Source: Chara braunii (taxonomy: Eukaryota > Plantae > Charophyceae). From it: a stretch of DNA of 64,000 bases. The translations under genes and the position numbers were made by a program. The number at the start of each line of letters is the position of its first letter. Position 1 is the stretch's first letter. The stretch is taken from contig BFEA01000009.1 of the NCBI GenBank assembly GCA_003427395.1, positions 4,039,660 through 4,103,659 on the forward strand. The letters run 5' to 3'. The notes beneath the pieces are model-generated. The model had not been told where the DNA came from. It saw only the letters and a program-made list of their open reading frames with translations, and did not search any database. Below are positions 1 through 12,852 of the stretch, one piece after another.

Positions 1-1155
1 CCTTCCGCACACAACTCGCCTAGGTGTCATTCCTTCTTTCTTCCTGAACAGGTGGCCGTTCCTTAAAACATACCTCTCGGCTTCCTCCCTTGCCTTGAGG
101 CTGACTTCCATATGCTGCTTGTTTCCTATAAGTAACAGACCGATTTCTCGAAAGATGCCGTCATACATTTGTATGAGGAAAAATTATTGTCCCTCCTGGT
201 TCGTATCTCATTTTTCCTAAGCCTGACTTACTAAATATTGTCGTTCCTTTTGTGTCCAAGACTCTACTAGGCACATCACGGTGTCCCGGCCCCTTTAACG
301 ACCATTGCCATCAATTCCTCTTTCGGCCCCACTGTTGCCCCCCACAAATCCTTTTCATCCTTACGTCTCGTCGTGGTGACAAGCCCTTCCCTGAGTTCCG
401 CAACTACAGCAGGTGCCCCTTTTTCCAGGGTCTGGATTAACAACTGTCCAGGTGTGCAAGCGAGGCTCATCATCACATTATCTGCGACGAGGATTCCTCC
501 TTCGTATTCCAGGAAGGCGTCGATTGGTTCCACATCCTCTATTCCTTCCGATGTGAAGCAGATCCGACTTAGCCCGTCCGCCCTGTTTCGGAGTCCTGCA
601 ATTCGCTCGACCTTGTAATCGAATTGTCAGATAAAGCCTATCCATCTCCCAATGGTCAGGTCTATAGGCTTATAGTTCTTCCATGCCCTTGCGATGTTGG
701 TCGGATCGATCCTCAGGATAAATGGCCTTCCGAATAGGTATGCTTGAAAGGTCTTAAGGCAATGTAGGAATGGCTAAAACCTCTTTCTTGAACTGGGAGT
801 ACCGCCGTTCCGCAGAATTCAGGGTCCTGCTTTCGAATCTAACAGACCTCTCTCTGCCCTCCTCGCTCCTTTGTATCAGAACACCTCTCACTGCCAAGGG
901 TCCTCCATCGGTTTTCAGAATGAAGGGTCGTCCTACTTCGTCGTTGAAGCAGGGCACTGCCAATGTGACTTGGTCAGACGTCAAGACGTCTTTGAGGGTC
1001 TGAACCACTGCTTCCCTATCCTCGGTACATTCCATAGTTCCTCCATCCCTAATCATTGCACGGATGGGCTCGGTTATTTGGGCAAAACTTTTGATAAAGA
1101 TCCTCCAGAATCCAACCACCGCTAGGAAGGCTCGTACTTCCGTTGTGGTGCACAA
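1..1155 (-). pseudogene. pol: pol remnant: RNase H and linker toward integrase
   Basis: ORF 754-1155: EVRAFLAVVGFWRIFIKSFA, TDGGPLAVRGVLIQ, ESRTLNSAERRYSQFKKEVLAI; frameshifted thereafter; YVLRNGHLFRK near window start. Confidence 0.88.
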
Positions 1156-1159
1156 GGGT

Positions 1160-2120
1160 GTTGGTCATTGAGAGATTTTATACGTCTTTGCCGGGTCCGG
1201 CTTCCTCCCATAGGCCCCACAGCAAAACCCCAGTATGGTCACTTCTGGGACCGCCAGGATGCTCTTTGGTCCGCTCGCGGTGATGTTATATACCAGGAAC
1301 CGCTAGAGTAGGTCCTTGATATCTTGTAGGTGATCCCAGACGAACTTCCGAACCCTCGGCTGGACCTCCGTCTCGTCTTTGTTCTGATCGCCTTTTATGG
1401 GATTGTCGTCTTTATACGGCTCACATTTTTTTGGGAACATGTCCCCAGCTACCGCAAACATCCTCCTCTGTGTTTCTGCCACAGCGTTTGTAAGACCCAT
1501 AGGGGTCACTTGTATCTGCAGCTGCCCTACAGGGGTGTGCATGGCGGTGTATGGTCTTATCCCTAGCATCGAGCGGCAGTTGGGCATATCCTGAATATAA
1601 ATCTATCAAGGAATAAATGCTCCAGCGTGAGATTCTGCCAGCAAATCGGGTTGTGGAAGCGATCCCGCATCTCGGATTGTTACCACATTCAACTTCTGCA
1701 AATCCTGGATCCACCTGAGCGTCTTGTTGGGCTTCCGAAAAACAAACCACTTGTTCTCGTAGGGGGATGTGGTAGGTTCGGCCACGAACGAATCTATCTT
1801 GGCTCTGAGCAGTTCGGTGACCTCTGCTGCTATTCCGAACTCGTAGGCAGACTCTTTGTCGTTCCAGCACTCATGTTGCTAAGGTGTAGAGGTCCGCCCC
1901 CCCCTACCTCCTACTCGGTCAATCCCCTGGATGTCAGGGTAATCAATGCTGACAGGACTCTTCCACAATGTTTCTTGTTCTGACATGCTGCAAATTCAAT
2001 CTTTATATAGGACGCTGGGCCCATTTCCCAGCAGGTGATGCTCCCCACCAATGGATGGAGCCTCTCCCCAGGTGTTAGTGGTGTTTGCTCTTATCAGCAC
2101 CTCTAACACTGACGGGGGTG

Positions 2121-2161
<41 letters not shown>

Positions 2162-2470
2162 CTAACGGGGGAAATTACCTTTGCATCCAATCAACCTTTC
2201 TGATGGTTATTGAAAGCAAATACTAAGTGAAACTCCTGGCACACTTTCCTTATCAGCTAGGTCTCTTCCACCGTTAAGAACCCATCTATCCCTATTTTCA
2301 TGGTGTTTGCTACCGCATCAGGTATCCGATGCCCTTCCGCCGCTCGTCTCTCCCTAATTACCCGCAAGATTTCTAGCTCTTTTTCCATGGCCTCCTCGTT
2401 TGACGTCTCTACTAGGATCGAGACTGGCTTGGCTTTTTTCCCTACCGGCTTGTACTTCCGAACACTCACT
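1160..2470 (-). pseudogene. pol: pol remnant: reverse transcriptase, interrupted by a poly(A)-tailed insert
   Basis: SIYSLIDLYSGYAQLPL, AMHTPVGQLQIQVTPMGLTNAV, YKDD at 1405-1416 followed by NPIKG; several frameshifts. Confidence 0.9.
1880..2156 (+). mobile_element. Short poly(A)-tailed retroposon (LINE 3' end or SINE) inserted in RT of element A
   Basis: A-run of ~28 nt ending 2156; 2002-2127 resembles 35350-35480 (ctgggccc...ctccccaccaat.gatggagcctc); RT reading resumes on both sides. Left edge approximate. Confidence 0.7.
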
Positions 2471-2586
2471 TCTGGGATCGTTCTTCTAAAAAATGAACGG
2501 TCGGAATCGGCCTTGCTGCTTCCGCGACGCGGGGTTGTATACTGACTATCTTCCCGTTCAGACAGTAGCCCTTTTGGATCTCATCC

Positions 2587-3693
2587 TTAAATTAGGCAAG
2601 CGCTGCCGGGTCCACCCCTACTTTGTGGTACTTGATAGCCTTGACGAGATGTAACAAGTCCGAAATTTCGAGTGTTACCTCCGGCGTTTCCCTTCGACCC
2701 TCCTTCGGCTTGCTGCAGACTGGCCCCAAGTTCGACTTCTGGCTCCTTCTCTGTCACCATGACCTCTAGAACCTTATCTTTTTGCCTCCTTTTCTTCAGA
2801 GGTAGACCCATTTTGATCCATTCCTTTTTGCGAAAAGCCTCCTCAATCATTATTTCCACTCTTTCTCTCATACCCTCCATCCGGGCGAATGCTCTTTTTC
2901 GTGCACTATCTTCGAACGTTGGTGACCAAGTTGCCAACTTCCCCTTCGGAGGGTCCCCTCCGGTCCCAAGGAGTCGAAGAAACTCTCCCTGGTCGGTCAC
3001 AGGGTCTTCTATATCTACCATATATGTGTCGTCGTGCAAGTGCATGCCTATCATTTCTACGTTGGCGCACCATGGTCTCCCGAGGATTATGTCATGGTCC
3101 ATTTCCTCCATTACGGTCATCCGCTGAAATGACCAGATCGACTCCCTGATTCCTGCCTTAACTTCGCATTTCGTGACATACCCTGCAAAGGGAATTTCCC
3201 CACCGGCTCCCCGGATACTCCCTGTCACTTCCTTGTTTACCATACAACCTGTAATCGTTGCGAAGTCCCTCCGTATGAGGGTGATTTCTGCACCTCCGTC
3301 CACTAATGCGTCTGTATGATGGGTCCCAATCTGGACTTTCAACTTTCCTACAGGAAGTGCATGGAAGCTGAGTCTCGTCCCGGCAGGTGCCCTCATGACC
3401 CCGCCGCCTTCTCGGTCAGGTAGGCTTAAGCGGATGTCCGCAAAGGTTTTTTCCAGGTCCTCCAGATCCCCTGGAATCCTCTGGAGGTTGGCGACCCCTT
3501 GTGGTGCTTCAGCCTCCTCTGTTTCCTGTTCCTGCGGTTCCGGGACCTCTTCTATCTCTACGCGTCTGCGCGTTAGCAGTTGCCTGAGTCCCTTAAGCAA
3601 TCTCGAGCTTACTTGCAACATGGTTTGAAAGGATACAGATACCATGGTACCAAGCAATTTGCTCAGGGTGTCGTCGATTTTTGGCATGGTCAA
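2587..3693 (-). pseudogene. Retroviral-type aspartic protease region
   Basis: DALVDGGAEITLI and DIILGRPW motifs. Confidence 0.88.
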
Positions 3694-3899
3694 GATCGAA
3701 ATTTGGTATCTGAACTTTTTCTTTGCCGCCGTGGCTTTATCTACCGGTTCTTCCTCCCTTGTTTTCCCGTAGACTTTCTCCGGCTACCCAGTCTCGGGCT
3801 CATCTTAATTCGCGCGTTCTGCAACCTCCTCCATTACCGTATCTCGGATAAGTTTTTTTTCTGCCCCTGCCCGTCGAGTGGTGATGTTCACCCCATCTT

Positions 3900-5669
3900 G
3901 TCCATTACCTTCTAGGATGAAATTGACTTGTGTTCCGCGCCCCCGCGGCTGGTCTCAAACAGTGTCCGCTACCGGCTTGGCTTCTACGACGATTATATCC
4001 AGGTTATTCAGGATGATGACGGCACGCCACATTCCGCCTGGCTAATTCCAGTTTATTCGCTCCCCCTGGGGCCCGAAAATTTCGCCTTTAAGGGACCTGC
4101 TGCGTCTCTGTCTCATAATATCGTGGTTGAGTCTTGGGCAGGTCCGCATAAACTGAGAGATCATCATGTAATATCGACACTGCTCATTGGACGGATCTTT
4201 CCTGCCGTATCCTCGGTTGGTTACTGTTGCCGGAACTACGGCCTCTTGGGGTGGGAGGGCGGGGCGGAAAACTTGTGCCTGCATTACCAATACTGCATTT
4301 TTCACTCTTTCTATCTTATTATCGACTCCGTGCACCCGTTCGTGCAGGCTTTCTATTCCCCTCTTCACCTTGTCTCCCGTCTTTCCGGTCAAGTCTATGA
4401 CCTCTTCCTCCTTAAGCAAAGCTAACGTCTCGGTTACCACCGTCTTCTCCGCGAGGTCTGTTACCGTACTGAAGTCTACGTCCCTCGTGTACTCAAACTT
4501 GCTGGTCTGTTGATAAGCCGACATAATCTTATCCTTGTCGAACTCGAAGAACTGTCTAAGGAAATACTTGCTCATGATCCGGTCCATTACCCCGGGAATT
4601 CGTAACGCTACAGGGTAAACGCTCTCAGGAAGTCATTGTAAGTCGCATAGTGGTTCCTTTGTACTGCTGCCAGTTCAGCTTCTGTTGCCATTTTCTCCGC
4701 CTTTAGATACTTCCTCATCATTTCATTTCGGGTCGCTTTCCAGGATCTGCTGGCGGCGACGATGGCCATAATGTCCCTTTCTAAGCTCAGTGGCACATGC
4801 TGCCCTAAGTGGTCCATCTTTTCTTCCTCGCTCCATTTCAACAGGGCTGCTAGATTCTCGTAGTCTATCAGGAATTTGGTGATGTTCGCCCCATCAAAGG
4901 TGAGTTTCTTCTTGGCATCTGCGAGGTAGCCCTGATTTTTGTTCAATGTCAGAGTGAGGGTGGATACTATTTTCTTGAGCCCGCCCTCGCCAGCCGTACT
5001 AGTCCCTTCTCCTTCCTTGTTATCCTTCCGCTTTTCTCTGATTGTTGTTGTTCCTTCCGGATCAAACCACCCTAGTACCCTTTCTCTGAGACCCCAAAGT
5101 CCGTCGCACCCCTTCATTATTTTTCGCGCGGCAGGCAAGCGGTTAGCACCACTGTCTATGGCAGGTGGGTTTGTAGCTTTTTCCGCTTCTACAACCGGGG
5201 AGTCCCCCTTCTCCTTCCCTTTCTTGCTAGGTGTCCCCCTATGGCTACTATCCTTCCCTTCGTGCCTGATTTCGCCCTGGCTAGTCCTTCGCTCCTCTCG
5301 TAGCTCTTCTCCCGGAAGGTCCCTCTCGTTCCCAACCGTCATTTCTTCAATAAGTCTCGCCTTATACTCTGCGGTTCGCTTCTCTATTTCTTCCAGCTTA
5401 CGTCGGGCATCCGAGACTTTCGCTTTCTCGACTATGATCCCATATGAGTTTCGCGGACTTGACCTTTCCTTGTCCCTTCCTTCCTTGTTCTCCTGAGATC
5501 CTCGTTTACTTCCCCCGGCCTTTCCCGAACTTTCCCCCGTCGATAGATCCTTCCCGTCTTCCTTGGTTCCCTCCGGATTTGCTGATTCTCGATCCCTTAT
5601 TGACCCTTCGTTCCTTTCCACGCCCCTCTCTGTACTCCGCAGGTTCCCAGCCTCTTCTTCCGATGCCAT
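3900..5669 (-). pseudogene. gag: gag (retrotransposon capsid domain plus degenerate zinc knuckle)
   Basis: LTFDGANITKFLIDYENLAALLKWSEEEK capsid-like segment; CRYYMMISQFMRTC is a decayed CX2CX4HX4C; stops and frameshifts. Confidence 0.85.
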
Positions 5670-6125
5670 CTTTTCCTAACCCTGCACATGGAAATTGTTT
5701 TCTGCGAAACGGCCGGTCGTTCACAGCTTCCCTAGTTCCCAGGTCCTAAGGTCCTTATCTTTGCTATTTCCATATTTTCCCGTCTCATATCAGTCGTGAC
5801 GGCTTATCTTCCGTTTTCTTATTCTGCAGGGCGCTACTTTCCTCTCCTCTGCCGGAAGGCCCGCTCCCGGGGTCCGGCATTTTGTCACTGTCGTGCCTCG
5901 GTTTTAAATCGGTATCCCGGGTTGGCGACTCTCTATTCGAAGATGACTCTTTTTGCCTTCCCGACTCCCGGATACCCTCAGCGTCCTTAGTGGTGGTGGC
6001 CTTCCCGGTCCCTTCCTGCCGTGTTCTCAGGTAGAATAGGACTCCGACCACTACCTTCCGTTAGATGGTTAATCCCTCGTTTTAATTTCCAACTTTTACT
6101 TTCGCTGCCATTTCCCAGTACTTTC

Positions 6126-7000
6126 TCACGCCGGTCCCTCATGGTTGTCCTGTTCGTCAGGCTCTTCGAACAGGTTAGCCACCCCCTCAAGGTAGTTTTC
6201 TCCCATTTCTATCTCTCTGATAATTATTGGCTCATAGTAGCCTTATACTCCTCAAACGTCAAGCGTGGTAACCCGAATATCAGGATTTCGATGAGTTTGA
6301 GTAGTTCACGGATCTGATTTCCCCAAAACGGTTTATGACCAACTGACACATCATAAAACATTCCCGTCGTCTGTGGCTGGAAGTGGTGGATCCAAACTAA
6401 GGTCGAGTCCACCAAGTCTCTTGCCCTCGAGAGGCTGCCGAATACTAGGTCCACCATAAAACGGGGTACTCGGCACCGCAATCCTGTCATCGGGGCCCTA
6501 AACTCTCACTATCCTCCTACCTCCACCCGAGTTCTCAGTCCTACATTCCTTCTCCCCTGAATCTCCTGGCCTATCCGGTTCACTATCCGGGCAGCCGTTC
6601 GGAATATTGGCAGCAGTCCATGTCCTAGTGCCATCTAAGTTCCTAGCATGTGCCACCCAATCTCTGATAGGTATACGGTCCCCGTCACCCTCAATTCAGC
6701 ATATAGATCGTCCCATGGTCCCCTATTGAATCTCATACCTCTCCATAAACACTCTACCATCATGAAGGTCTGGTCCCTTCCCAAGGTCACAGCTCTTCAT
6801 TCCGTGTCGATCCCTCGGACCAAGTAGCTTGCTGGAAGTGACACTTCCCATCCGTCCTCGCTTTCCGTGGCCGGCCGAGGGTGCGTGGGTCGTCGCGACA
6901 TCCAGGCGCGTCTCATTGCCATCGTTGGTTAGCGGTTCCCTGCACAGTTTAAACAGCGAGCGAAATCTGCTTATTTCAGCCATTCCTTCGACCACCACTT
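6126..7000 (-). pseudogene. Accessory ORF A4 (uncharacterised family), disrupted
   Basis: Manual translation: GTVYLSEIGW (~6682-6653), LRCRVPRFMVDLVFGSLSR (ORF 6224-6490), MGENYLEGVANLFEE tail; all align to A1. Confidence 0.7.
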
Positions 7001-7067
7001 GGGCAACTCCCCAATCCTTAATCCGCCCTCCTTTTCTTCCTTACTCCTACCTTCTTTCCTTTCTCTT

Positions 7068-8057
7068 TTACTGACCCGTCTCCTCTTCTGATGGCTCGTA
7101 CAGGAGGTTCAGACCGTTTACGTAAATAAACCCCTCGTTTATTTCTCATCGAACGACGCCCCATAGAACCTCATCGTTAACAACTGGAATTCTAGGCCTT
7201 GTGGTGAACACAGCGCGCAACATTCGCAACACCTCATACCTCTGCTCACCGCCGAACGACCCCATTTCCAGGAAGGCTCTGTAGTATTCCTGGTGGACCG
7301 CCACCTCCTCCAACGTCAGGTTGTCGAGGTCGGTCACTGCCCGCCTGACAAGATCCAGTCCGCCTAGGTGGCAACCTCATTCGAACGTTCTCACTAGGCA
7401 AATTGAAACTCCCGGTCATGGCCTCCCTAAGGTTTGCTGTCACGTCGTCGAACTCCGGATCTGCGAACTCGAGCCCCGCCTGCCACACTAGCTGTCATGC
7501 CCCTTCGAACATGCTTAGCGAATCTTCTCCTGACGCTAGTAGGACTCCAAACGAGCATCATCCATCCTCCGATAAGTACAACCATCCTTCCGCGCGGACA
7601 TGTCCCCGCAGGTCCGGATTCCACTCACTATTCTCATCCGCCCGCCACTCAACCTCGGTTACCAGGAAAACCATGTTTTCCATAAGCTCGACCCCAACCC
7701 AATCCACCATCGGGTGTCGGACCTCACTTACGGTAGGCAGGCTGATTTCTACGCCGCCAGTCGCTTCCCTTGGGGCTCAATTCCCAGCGGGCGATCCTCA
7801 AGGAACGTCCTCCTTCGTGCCATTGCGCGTCCTCTACCGGCCTTCAATCTTTGCCCCGCGGCGCCGGAGCGATCCCTACAATGGTTGGACACCCCAATCC
7901 CAGTCTTAGTACTCTTATCCCTGGTTGGTTTGCATAAGATACATGTTCCCCTGTCCACGTCACCCCCTAACTTCTCCCCTTCCTCCTTCTTTGCTCCCTT
8001 TACCCCTTCTTTTACCCCTGCTAGTTTGGGCTTTCTTCCTGCTCCTAGTCGTACCAC
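7068..8057 (-). pseudogene. Accessory ORF A3 (same family), disrupted
   Basis: Manual translation 7770-7540: GGVEISLP...DWVGVELMENMVFL...RGHVRAEGWLYLSEDG*; C-terminal EYYRAFLEMGSFGGEQRYEVLRML; start uncertain. Confidence 0.72.
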
Positions 8058-8838
8058 GTTACCTCGAATAGTTTGAACACATCATCCACATAGCAAGGTG
8101 TTGCTGCTACCTCTCTGCGGATTATGGCTTCCCTGATCTCCGGAGCTACCTTTAGCCGATCGTTCATGTCTATATCCAAAATGATGAGGACCTCCCGGGC
8201 TCTGTCGTCGTGGAAGGGCCCAAGTTTCAACGATGTTTTATAAAACTTTTCCGTCAACCACGCGCAATTTACGTGTACCCGCTCCATAGTGCTGGCCACC
8301 TCCGTGACGTGGTCAAAGCCCCCGAACCAGTCCGCCACGAACTCGGGTACCCAAATCTTGGTTCGCAGGTAGGGAGGCCTGAACTCCCTCCATCCCCCTA
8401 TTACGACCTTACTACGGACTACGTCCCAGCCTTTGTTGGCAAACCTCTCGCCTGCCCTCCGAGTCCTCGCCTCCGCATCCCCCAGAAGCCACATCAGACT
8501 TTGTCCTGCCGCGAGCGTTGTGCAAAATAAGTGTCAACCTTGCTCGGAGAGGATGACCGTCCCTACCGACTCCACCCTTCCTTCAACAATCTCTTCCCAT
8601 CCTTCCTCTTCTCTTAGAGGATTCCATACGCGCTCTACCCACAGGTATGATAAATCTGGTACAATCTCAAGTCCAACCCAGTCACATGTGGTCCCTCTCC
8701 ATTGATTATCTGCTGGTATGGACATCTCTACTCCCCCTTCGACTCGTCTCGGCTCCCATCCTTTAAACGTGCAGTCTCTTAGTTGTAGTCCCCTTGCCCT
8801 CCTTGATCCCTTGCACAGCCCCAATCCACCCATGCCAT
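8045..8838 (-). pseudogene. Accessory ORF A2 (same family), one in-frame stop
   Basis: ORFs 8534-8878 and 8045-8494 are in the same frame, separated by TGA: GGVEMSIP...DWVGLEIVPDLSYLWV...GRVESVGTVILSEQG*...WVPEFVA...KFYKTSLKLGPF. Confidence 0.78.
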
Positions 8839-8858
8839 ACAGCCCCGAGCCTTTTCTT

Positions 8859-9671
8859 TTAGAAATCCCAATACTCAATCTTTACCCCCTCTTCCTCATC
8901 CGAGTCGTCTTCGTCCTCCTCATACCACAAGTCATGTACCCCTTCCATAAACGTCTCCCCTATCAGGACATTCCTATACATTATCCTCCAATGCACGTTG
9001 CTCGGGACAAACAGGTCGTTCGTACTAAGATGGTTTAGCATCGTGGCTAGTTCCTTCGCCCAATTCCCTTCGAACGACCCCTTCTCGGCAGACAGATGAA
9101 AGAAGTCTTGCCGGGCCCCTTGGTACAGCCCCATGCTTGCCATGGATTTGCATATCCGCACCAGCCTGCTCCGGGTTCCGAAGACAGCGTCCACCATGAA
9201 GGGCGGCATGACACACCTCAAGGTCCTAAACGACTTTCGTACGTTCGCTCTATCCCGAAGTTCCACCCGTACATCAATCGCCTCCATCACCATTTCCACC
9301 CTCTGGCACGCGGCCCACACCACTTCCCGCTCAGCCTCCTTGAACAACTTGTACGGGAATAATCCTAAGACAAACTCTATAATCATGGCGTTTTCCTTTT
9401 CCTTAGACAAGTAGACCCATCCCCGAGCCTCCACGGTCCCCCGAAACTCTAAGTCCAACAGGCTCGGCGCTAACCTCGTCAAACTAACCTTGGTCCACAT
9501 TGTTGCGATCCATAGGAAGGCATCACTTTCAACCAGCATCACGGTTTGGTATGTCGGCTCCAAGTTCGTCCAGGTCCCTTCTTCCAACATCACAACCGAC
9601 ACCCCACCCCTTACGTTCACCGGCATTTCTGCTCCGCCGGAGTAGGTCGGTGAGGACAACCACCGTGCCAT
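8859..9671 (-). CDS. Accessory ORF A1, intact 270-aa uncharacterised protein
   Basis: Uninterrupted ATG-initiated ORF; AFLWI...RGTVEARGWVYLSKE...LRCVMPPFMVDAVFG...GSFEG; acidic tail; paralogous to A2-A4 and D3-D6/D9. Confidence 0.8.
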   Translation of the reverse strand: MARWLSSPTYSGGAEMPVNVRGGVSVVMLEEGTWTNLEPTYQTVMLVESDAFLWIATMWTKVSLTRLAPSLLDLEFRGTVEARGWVYLSKEKENAMIIEFVLGLFPYKLFKEAEREVVWAACQRVEMVMEAIDVRVELRDRANVRKSFRTLRCVMPPFMVDAVFGTRSRLVRICKSMASMGLYQGARQDFFHLSAEKGSFEGNWAKELATMLNHLSTNDLFVPSNVHWRIMYRNVLIGETFMEGVHDLWYEEDEDDSDEEEGVKIEYWDF

Positions 9672-9679
9672 CTCGTCCT

Positions 9680-10082
9680 TCCCCAGTTGCCGAGTCCTGC
9701 TTTTTCAACGCTTCCTGAAATGTTCCAACTCTGGCATTTGAGAGCGTGAAGGAGGACAAAGTTTACGATCATCCGCTTTCATCATGCCACTAGGCATTTG
9801 ATTCAAGCATTGGACAATGATTCAAAGACTTTGTCGCATTTCTTCAATGCGGACACAATAACGATCATAACAATCTCCTCGTGTACCAAATCGGTCCTCG
9901 GTTAGGTCAGCTGTAGTCCTAGATGAGAATTGTTTTAGACCTCTCATCAAGGTCTCCCTAAATTTTCCCTTTGCCCATTTCCCAAGTACCGTCGCCCTGT
10001 CGCACCCAAAGTTGGTCACCATCCACCGACATTCCTTCTCTTGGTTCCTTTCCTTCCGACTCCTATCCTTGCTCATTTCCAT
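9680..10082 (-). pseudogene. Possible first small accessory ORF of element A
   Basis: 86-aa ATG ORF (9822-10082) whose frame stays open briefly past its stop, lying just upstream of A1; no motif recognised. Confidence 0.35.
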
Positions 10083-12129
10083 CTTCTCTCACTCGTGCGG
10101 ACTTAGATAGGGGGCGAGAATACACGTAAAAGGCTCGGTTCCTTCCCAACAATCCCAAGCAACTTTACAGAGGGAGGCACAAAGGAAAAAAATCAGGCAA
10201 TCCTCGCACACAGGCCGGTCATCTCCTCACCAGCCTTTTCCCAAGAGTGAACTCTCCACTGTTACTATCGGCAGAGTTTTATCCCGTACCTCAAGCACAA
10301 CTCAACCGTCGTGAGCGCGGTACCCAGACTCCAGTGGGGGGACACCCTCACCTTCTTGCCCAGAATACCCCATCCCGTCTTGTCGCTCTTGTACAACCAC
10401 ATTGGCACCGGGAATTACCCCGCGTACTCGGTGGGAACATAAATCGGTCGTCCGGGCATTCACATCCATCGGTCCGATAAGAATTAGCCTTTGCGATGCT
10501 GTATCGCGAGAGGCTACTAATCACCTTCGGAGCTCCCTCCGAGCCCCACATGCAACGACCCCCCGTCGCCCGTCAACAGGTCAGGCCCTACCTGAGGAGA
10601 CGTTTCACACCCCTTCCGGGCAAGGCGCTGAGCCAAGCTCGGACCCACCCGGCGAGAATGCTACTAATCAATCGGCGTGCCAACCCGCCCAACGGCTCGG
10701 TGGCGTGACCTTGCACATGAAAGCCCTGTGGCCTACCCGAAGAAAACGATGTTTCGCAACCCGCACCAGCCGGTTTAGACCCACTCTTTCCTTTCGAAAT
10801 GAGGACGCTCAATTCTCATTCATGCAAACCACAAATCCCAAGCGGGACACACACCGTACAAGTGTCTTTCCCATGGTGCCCCCAACGCTTCCTACCCATG
10901 CCTTACGTTTTTCTCTTGGGACCGTGTATGTCACTCACCCCCAGTTTCCATACATCGTGCCTAGTGCCTTTTCGTGAGCATCTTCAAGGGTGAGCTAGTT
11001 TTCTTGGAGTCTAGCAACTCCCTTCATTCCCCTCATCTTCACTTGTTTGTCCGTTCATAGGGAGGGATTGTTCTTTCTCGATTACCGTTTTGTTCATATG
11101 AGGTTCCTTCAAGCATTTCAAGTGAAAGTGCAAGGAGTCCGCTGTGCTCCGAAGAAGAGAGAAGAAGGCACCCGTGTCGGTCGGAACACTCCGTCGCGGG
11201 ATTTTCATTGAAATCCAACCTAGGCCGAGCACCAACCGCCTGCCAGGTCACAGGAGCCCTTCTTTCACACGAAGAGGAAGGGTCGACCTGTGGCTGCCCA
11301 AGGCTTCCCCGGACTGATGAACGTCAGCCCGAAAAAAGGAGGACTAGAGTCACCTCCCAAGGAGGTGGCTAACCAAGTGTGTCACATGCATGTTATTCCT
11401 CCAGGCTTGGGCTTGCCATGCGCCCAGCCACCCTCAAATCTGATTCTCTCAAGGGGATAGAGCATACACAAGTCCTCGTTCCTTATCTTGAGTTGTGTTC
11501 GCGCACATGCGTCGGACGCCCCCCTCGGGATCGTATGGGTCAGTTTAACCCATACCCGGTGCTTCCACGATTCTTTGTAGCGGTCGTACCCTGACAGACT
11601 TTCGAGCCTGAGTCGACCCCTTTGCGGGTTCCATTTGGCTCGACCCGCCCACGCTCATGCTCAGGGCGCGGGTCGTTCGTATAGGGGCACCCCCACCTAG
11701 TGCTATGAGATGGATAGGGATGGACCATTTGTGAAGGGGCTTTACATTGGGGGATGTAGCTCCGCTCTCGCGTTAGATGGTAGCTTTATGATCACTCATG
11801 GCGTTTTCTCAATTCATTTAAGTGTAGCCAAGCAATTACTCATTCCAATACACAAGCAGTCCAGGGGGTTCCTTGAGAGTTTTTTTTCTTTCGTGCACAG
11901 GCCAAGCGTCATCCTTCGGCCACACACCTTTTCACTAAGGACAACAATCCCTATGGCATCATCGAGGCGCGGCGAGGCCATCCACCCCCTAGCCCCTATA
12001 TTTTTTGCTTAACATACGCATTATGTTCACATGTCCATCGCTACAGTCTTCCCCTGAACAAAACGCACGCACGTACTAATCAACCTTCCTTGGAAAAGTC
12101 TATTTCTCAAAGTCGGTCCCGGAAATCCA

Positions 12130-12250
12130 AATAGAACGCACGTTGAAGTAATGCGCACGTATGTTTTATTCGAATAGTACGCACGTATGTTCTATTCAAA
12201 CAAACAAGTGTTTTATTCGAATATAACACGCGGGTGTTGTATTTGAAATG
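12130..12250. repeat. Cluster of short repeats (gcacgtatgtt.tattc.aa; gtgttttattcgaata), possibly a DNA-transposon subterminal region
   Basis: 3-4 imperfect copies within 120 bp. Confidence 0.45.
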
Positions 12251-12852
12251 TCGTGTAACTGTTCTGTTGAGCAATGACCCCCGTTTTTCGTCTGCGGTGT
12301 CTGTTCACCTGCATGGGGTTTGGATGGTCGAAAGCAGCTGGTTTACAAAAGCTCAATCAAACCTCCATACGGCTTAGGCAAGCAAAAGAGAGAAGGGGGG
12401 GGAAAAAAAAAACATTGATCCGAACCTTTGTGCAATGTTGCATCACTTTTATAACCTTTATTGTGCAAGCGTAAGTTTTTATAACTTTTCAAATTTGCTC
12501 ACCATGTGAGATCGTAAAAACCATCCGTGATTGCTCACCACACAAAGAAGGAAGAAAAGGGTATGCGAAATTCAAATTGCTGCAAAAAATTGAGAAGTGC
12601 AAAAAATATTTTTTCCCCCCAAAAAATCATCCATGATGAACAAGAATCTCTTAAATCCTTCAATGCATTGCTGATGCACATAGAACTTCTGGCATACTTC
12701 CTGATATCTTACTTCAACTATGGCTGAAAATCCCCCTACTACCTCAACTTATAAAAAATATTTCTTCATCATTTATGGGTATGTCACCGCATTGCCTCAC
12801 TTTTATCTAACTCTGCAAATTCCCTACTCGGGAACTCCCCTTCGAAACTGTC

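Larger units (their letters stand above)
1..12100 (-). mobile_element. Element A: decayed Ty3/gypsy LTR retrotransposon with accessory ORF array; 3' part runs off window start, 5' LTR/PBS not identified
   Basis: Minus-strand order gag (5669-4042), protease (3693-2587), RT (~2470-1300), RNase H (1155-~620), pre-integrase; motifs match element D. Right boundary approximate. Confidence 0.9.

Noticed and set aside
2672-5496. Plus-strand ORFs opposite gag-pro of element A
   Set aside because: Antisense shadows of the coding strand.
10100-12100. 5' LTR and PBS of element A
   Set aside because: No reverse-complement PBS or convincing terminus found and the partner LTR is outside the window; treated as probable leader.
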